This document shows, one piece after another, positions 58,660 through 64,000 of a stretch of DNA of 64,000 nt. How positions within the stretch are numbered: the stretch's first letter is position 1; each line of letters opens with the position of its first letter. A program made the position numbers and the translations under genes. The stretch comes from Gnetum montanum. Taxonomy: Eukaryota > Plantae > Gnetophyta. The DNA is taken from NCBI GenBank assembly GCA_015680685.1, contig MNCI01001630.1:452689-516688 (forward strand), written 5' to 3'. The notes under the pieces were generated by a model. That model made no database searches. It was not told the origin of the DNA and was given only the letters and a program-made list of their open reading frames with translations.

Positions 58660-60494
58660 TGTTAGAGATGAATGAAGGAACATGATCATGGATCTGTTAC
58701 AAAAGCATCTAAAAAGCAAAAAAGATAACAATTTAAGATAATCACAGTTATCATAAGTAAAAATAGGATTTATTAATTATTAAAGTTTGGAGTCCAATCA
58801 GGTATTTCTTGGGATCTCAAAGGTGACCAAGGAAGGAACATGATCATCTCAGAGATCAACAGTAGAATAAGGTCCTCTTGAGCTCCTTGTCTCTTGAATT
58901 TCAACTTAAAAATCCACCTGAAACAGTGACTATGAGTTGACCACGAGTGGTAGGGTCACTTGTGGTGAAAATCAAACAGACCATAAGTTTTGGTGATATC
59001 GTGGTTTTTCAGACCACAAGTCATGGTTAGGTCATGGTGGCTAAAATAATGAGAAAATTTAGAAAGGGCTGGCTGCATGGGATTCTAGAGCATGGGTCAT
59101 GGTCAAGACCACAGGCTAGACCATAGGTTGTGATCAAGTTGTGATGGCCGTTTTGAAGGCTTGTACTTCAAACTTCTGACCATGAGGCCACCATGGGTCA
59201 TGGTAGCAGAAAGTTTACAAACCACGAAGGGACCACAGTTTGTCGTCAATGTCAAAATTGGAAAACATAAACAACAAGTTATGGGATATTTGTGGAGGTA
59301 AAAACATGATTCGTGTGGGGTTGTGATGAGGAAGAACATGTCTTGTGGTGAGTTATAGATCTGAAAATGAAAAATAGCATGAGTTTGAATCACGACCTGA
59401 GAAGGGTAGGGAAGGTAGGCAAGATGATTTTCAGCCTCTTAAAATAGTGGATGAGGCTTTACAACATAAGAATACATCAATTAACATAGAATTCATGGGA
59501 ATTTATGCAACTTGGGCCTGAACAAGGAAGGACATGAAAAATCCTTTAAGTCTCCATCAGCTACCTTCATGTATGCATGAATTTGGAAGAAAAGCATGCA
59601 ACAAACATCCAACAAGCCTCCAATGGCTGAGATGTGTGCCCAATTCACCAAGATTTAAGCACGGAATGAACTAGACGTCTTGAAGGAGCAAGAAGCCCTA
59701 AAGGGGGACGCACTCCTTGTGAAAAATTTGTGCAGTTAGAGATGTAAAACAGTATTTAGAATCGATTTGGATTTGAACCTCCTCTCAAACAACATCAAAT
59801 GCAAGGAAGAAACATGAATCCTTTTTCACACATGCATATAATTATTGACTTCAAACATTAACATAAAGCATGAAAATGCATGAAAGAAAGAGTTTAAGAA
59901 CTTAAATTGAGAGTTCCATTTGAGGGAATCCTTCAATCCTTGAGAGAGCATTGAGAGATACTTCAGAGAATTGTGAGAAATTTATGTGAGAGTGGCTGCA
60001 AGAATTGTGGTTGAGAAAATCATGAGTGGAGGAAGGTTCAACTCATGTGAGAATGACCATTGAGAGAATGAAAGAAAATGAAGGAAAATTCTCAAGAGAA
60101 CTTTAGCACAATGAACTTGGAATGAATGCACAAAATGAAGGGAGAAATAACTCTTCTATTGCTTCAAAGCTTCCTACTACAATGGCATTGAATGAAGAGG
60201 GGGTGCCCCTCTATTTATACCTTTTCAAAGGGGAGAGCATCGCCCAAAATGGTATGTGTCAACATGAAAGCCTATTAATTGATTTTCTTCTTTTAGCATT
60301 GCTCTCTTCCCAATGTTTTTTTTCCTCTATGAATGAACATCACAATTCCATGACTTCTACCAGCTCCTATGGCTTCTACTATCTATCACATGACTTCAAT
60401 ACAACTACAACTTGGAGACAAAGATAGAAACAAAGACAAACTTCACATGAGCGAGCATCAACGATGTAGGAGCACATTCACGCTATACTCAACA
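58660..60494 (-). mobile_element. Copia 3' LTR (about 1.8 kb; distal end less certain)
   Basis: On the minus strand, PPT AAAGGAGGGTG is followed by TGTTGAG at 60494. A TATA-like TATAAATAG lies near 60215, and a candidate CTAACA end at 58660. Confidence 0.65.
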
Positions 60495-63400
60495 CACCCT
60501 CCTTTAGTATGTAATGTGTGACTATTGAATGGTTCGAGGATTGAGGGTTCTTGCCATTATATTCCACCTTTGTCACTGCAATGATCTTGAGTAAGTAGTC
60601 AGTGTTATGTGCTTGAGGAGGCTTTGTGAAAAGGTGTGCAAGTTGATGAGTTGATTGCACATGCTTGGGAAGAATCGCCCCAACCTTGACCTTTGATTTG
60701 ATGAAGAGATACTTGAGGTCAATGTGCTTAGACCTTTTGTGTAGCACATATGCCTTTGTAAGTTGAGTAGCCACCATGTTGTCCACCATACACTCAATGG
60801 GTTGTTGCACATGGAAGCCCAATTGAGTGAAAAGCTTCCTCAACCATAATGCATGCTGCATAGAATTGGCCATTGCTATGAACTTTTCTTCATAAGATGA
60901 TAAGGCCATGCTCACTTGCTTTCGGCTGCTCCAATAGATAGGATTCAAGCTATGAAAGATGATAGGGCCTAATGTAGACTTTTTCTCCTCTAGATCTCCT
61001 CCTCAATCAACATTGGAGAAGACATGGAACTTTCTAACACCTTCTACAAATTTGATCCCAAATTCAGCAGCCCATTTACATACCTCAACACATATTTGAG
61101 GGTAGTCATGTGAGAGTTTCTAGGTTGTTGCATGAACCTTGAAAGATAGGATACAACAAATCCAATATTGGGCCTAGACTGGCACAAGAATTTAAGGGAC
61201 TTCATCATGCCTCTATAGAGAGAGGCATCAACCAAAGGTATATCATCCTTGTTCTTGAGCTTGTGATGAGGAGGGAGTGGTGTAGTTGCTATCCTTAGTG
61301 TTGGAGCCTATACTTCTCTACTATGGTTTGAGCATACTTGGTTTTGTGCATCATCAACACCTCTTCTTCTTGGTCCACTTGTATTCCTATGAAGTATTTG
61401 AGGACCCCTACATCCTTCATCTCAAATTCTTTCATAATGTCCTCTTTGAAATTTTGAAGTAGTCTTTCACTACTTGAGAGGAATACAATAGCGTCCACAA
61501 AGAAGGAGATCATTATGGCATGTTGGCCTTGGCCTTCGTGCTTTATGTATAAAGGGGGCTTAAAAATACAAGGCTTATAGCCTTCGCTCATTAAGTAGTT
61601 ATTGATCCTATTGTACCATGCTCTTGAGGCTTGCTTTAGGCCATAAAGGGCCTTGTGGGGTTTGCACATCATGTGCTCTTCACCTTAAATTTCAAATCCT
61701 ACCAGTTGTGTTATGTAGATTTCCTCATTTAATGTTCCATTAAAGAAGGCTGAATTCACAACCATTAGATATAGCTTTAAAATTAGATGGGCTGGCAATG
61801 AGATTAAAAGCTTGACTATTTTAAACCTTACAACTAGCACAAATATTTCTTCATAGTCTATATGTTTCTTTTGTTTAAAGCCCTTTATCACTAGCCTTGG
61901 ATTATATGAGGCTATGTTATCCTATTCATCATATTTAGTTTTATATACCCAGTTAATGTCTATTACTTGCTTACCTTTGGCCCTATCTACCAAACTCCAA
62001 GTTTGATTCTTCATGATTGCTTGGTACTCCCTCTCCATAGCTTCCTTTCATTTTTTCAATCTTCAATGTTTCATCAACATTTGAGGGCTTATGTGCAAGG
62101 GCTACATATGCAACATGACTAATTGCTTGGCTTCTTATCATCCTTCTCTTGAAATTGTCTAGCATGAGTAATGGTGGGTGGTCTATCATCACCCAAGGCC
62201 TTGGTTCATAGGCCTCCTCTTGGCTGTTGCTACTTGATGTTTCTTAAAATGAATCAAACCCTAGAGTTTGTTCATCAAAAACCACACCTCTAGAGCAAAA
62301 CTATTTTTTTTCTCCAATGGGTCAAAGCATTTGTACCCATTTTTCTTGGCATCATAGCCCATGAAGACACTTTCCATCCCCAATCATCTAACTCCCTACA
62401 ATTGCATTAGGGTTCTTTATATAACACATACCTTGGGACTTTTAGGTGTTAGAGATTTAGCACTTTGCCATACAACATTTTATAGGGGCTTTTCTCTACA
62501 TTGCAGGAGTTACAAGCCTATTTAGAATGCATACAACAACATGGATGACCTCATTCCAATAAATATTGGGAATAGAGGCATGCTTTAGGGGACATCTAGA
62601 CATTTCTTGGATTGCATAATTTTTGCTTCAGCCACACCATTGCTTTGTGGTTTGATGAGTGATGTTGTGTGCTGTATGAAAATCTTCAAATTCATGGTTA
62701 ACAAACTCAGTACCTTTGTCACTTCTAATGGGTTTAACCTTAGTGCTTAACCAAGTCATTATCAACTTCCTAAAATTTTGAAAGATGCCACATACTTCAT
62801 TCTTGGAGTGAAGAATGTATGCCCATGCATACCTTGAGAAGTCATTAATAGTCACCAAGAAATATTTGCTACCTCCATGTGCAAGTGTGGGCATTGGGCC
62901 AACAACATCCATGTGTAGGAGTTCCAAGGTTTTGCTCCTTTCCATTTGGTTTGAGTGAGGTAGGGCCTTTTGCTTGTCCTTTATGCATACTTCACACACT
63001 TCTTATAGCACCTTCAAGAATCTACATTCAATGGCTACTTGCATCATTATCATCTTTTGGATATTGAAGTAGGAAGCATGTCCTAACCTCCAATGCCAAA
63101 GTCTTGCTGCTTCATGCTTCTTGTTTGGCTTTTCTATTTGAGTCTACATAGCTCCAAAATAATATATTGGGTTGTTATGCATGGGGACTTTTGCTATTAA
63201 CCTTTTGGAATCATTGATAGTACATACATCATTCACAAGTACAACCTAGTTTCTCCTCTTAGTCATTTGTCCAATGGACAAGGAGTTGGGCAATTGAGGG
63301 ATATAGAATACATTATTAATATGCACTTGAGTGGCGTTTTGCAAAGTGATTAAACATTAGTAGAGCCTAGATAGACTCTTGAAATTCAATAAAACACTCT

Positions 63401-64000
63401 TTATTAAGAGTCATATGGTTAGAGAACCTTTTATCTAGTATGCATGTGATGGAGTCAATTTACATGCACTTGAGTGTCATCATTCAAAGTGATTAAAAAT
63501 TTGCCTATGCCTTCTATTTTCACATAAGCCCCATGACCAACCTTAATAGAGCCTAGACTTTTAGACTCTTGAAATTCAACAAAACACCTTATTAGGAGTC
63601 ATATGGTCAGAGCACGCACTATCTAGTATCCATGTGATGGAGTCAATTTTCTTTGTCATGCAAAATGAAGCAAAGTTGGAGTTTGCTTGAGAGTCTTGAA
63701 GGGCTGTTACGTTTGTCTTGTGAGCCACCTTGGTCATTGGCTTGACCTTGCTTGGATAAGTTTTCAATTGTCAAGTTTTGAAGCCCTATTTTCTACCAAC
63801 ATGTGTCTTCATAGTATCCCTTTATGTTGCAAAATTTGTACCAAGGGATGTATGATGATCCTTCATGATAGTTATCTCTTGCTTGAAAGGAACCTCTGCC
63901 TCCTCTTTGGCCTCTGCCTCTTTGTCCTCTTGATGGTTGTCTTTCGTCTTGGAATGATGAAGATCACCCCTTCGTGAAATAGGATGACCTTCCTCTTCCA
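60495..64000 (-). mobile_element. Ty1/Copia retrotransposon internal region (gag end, PR, INT, RT, RNase H), decayed
   Basis: WILDSACSDHMT (PR), LELLHMDVVGP and IRSDKGTEF (INT), KALYGLKQASRAW (RT), WSSRKQ and RSKHID (RNase H), in Copia domain order. Confidence 0.96.

Overview
Eukaryotic, land-plant genomic DNA: TE-rich, spliceosomal introns, and one 957-N assembly gap. A single host gene spans 10192-57001 on the + strand. It has 9 coding exons and gives a 365-aa two-RRM RNA-binding protein of the RBPMS/couch-potato/Scw1-like plant family, which from memory closely resembles Arabidopsis At3g21215. It has two giant TE-filled introns (about 16 kb and 28 kb) and a final U12-type intron that keeps the frame only if spliced AT-AA. 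The flanks hold Gypsy-type LTR remnants with an accessory ORF (1-7400) and a decayed Copia element (58660-64000, - strand). The most unusual observation is a family of L1-type LINEs, with six copies or fragments in the introns. Their ORF2 continues in frame past the usual zf-RVT / W-x-x-W-K-x-R-N end. Where plant L1s often carry RNase H, it runs into (i) a domain resembling the accessory ORF of plant Gypsy elements, (ii) a long coiled coil and (iii) a DnaJ/J-domain-like module (H-L/P-D/N loop). This suggests a LINE that carries its own Hsp70 co-chaperone-like domain. All TE copies are decayed. Domain calls come from manual translation and recalled motifs, not from database searches.
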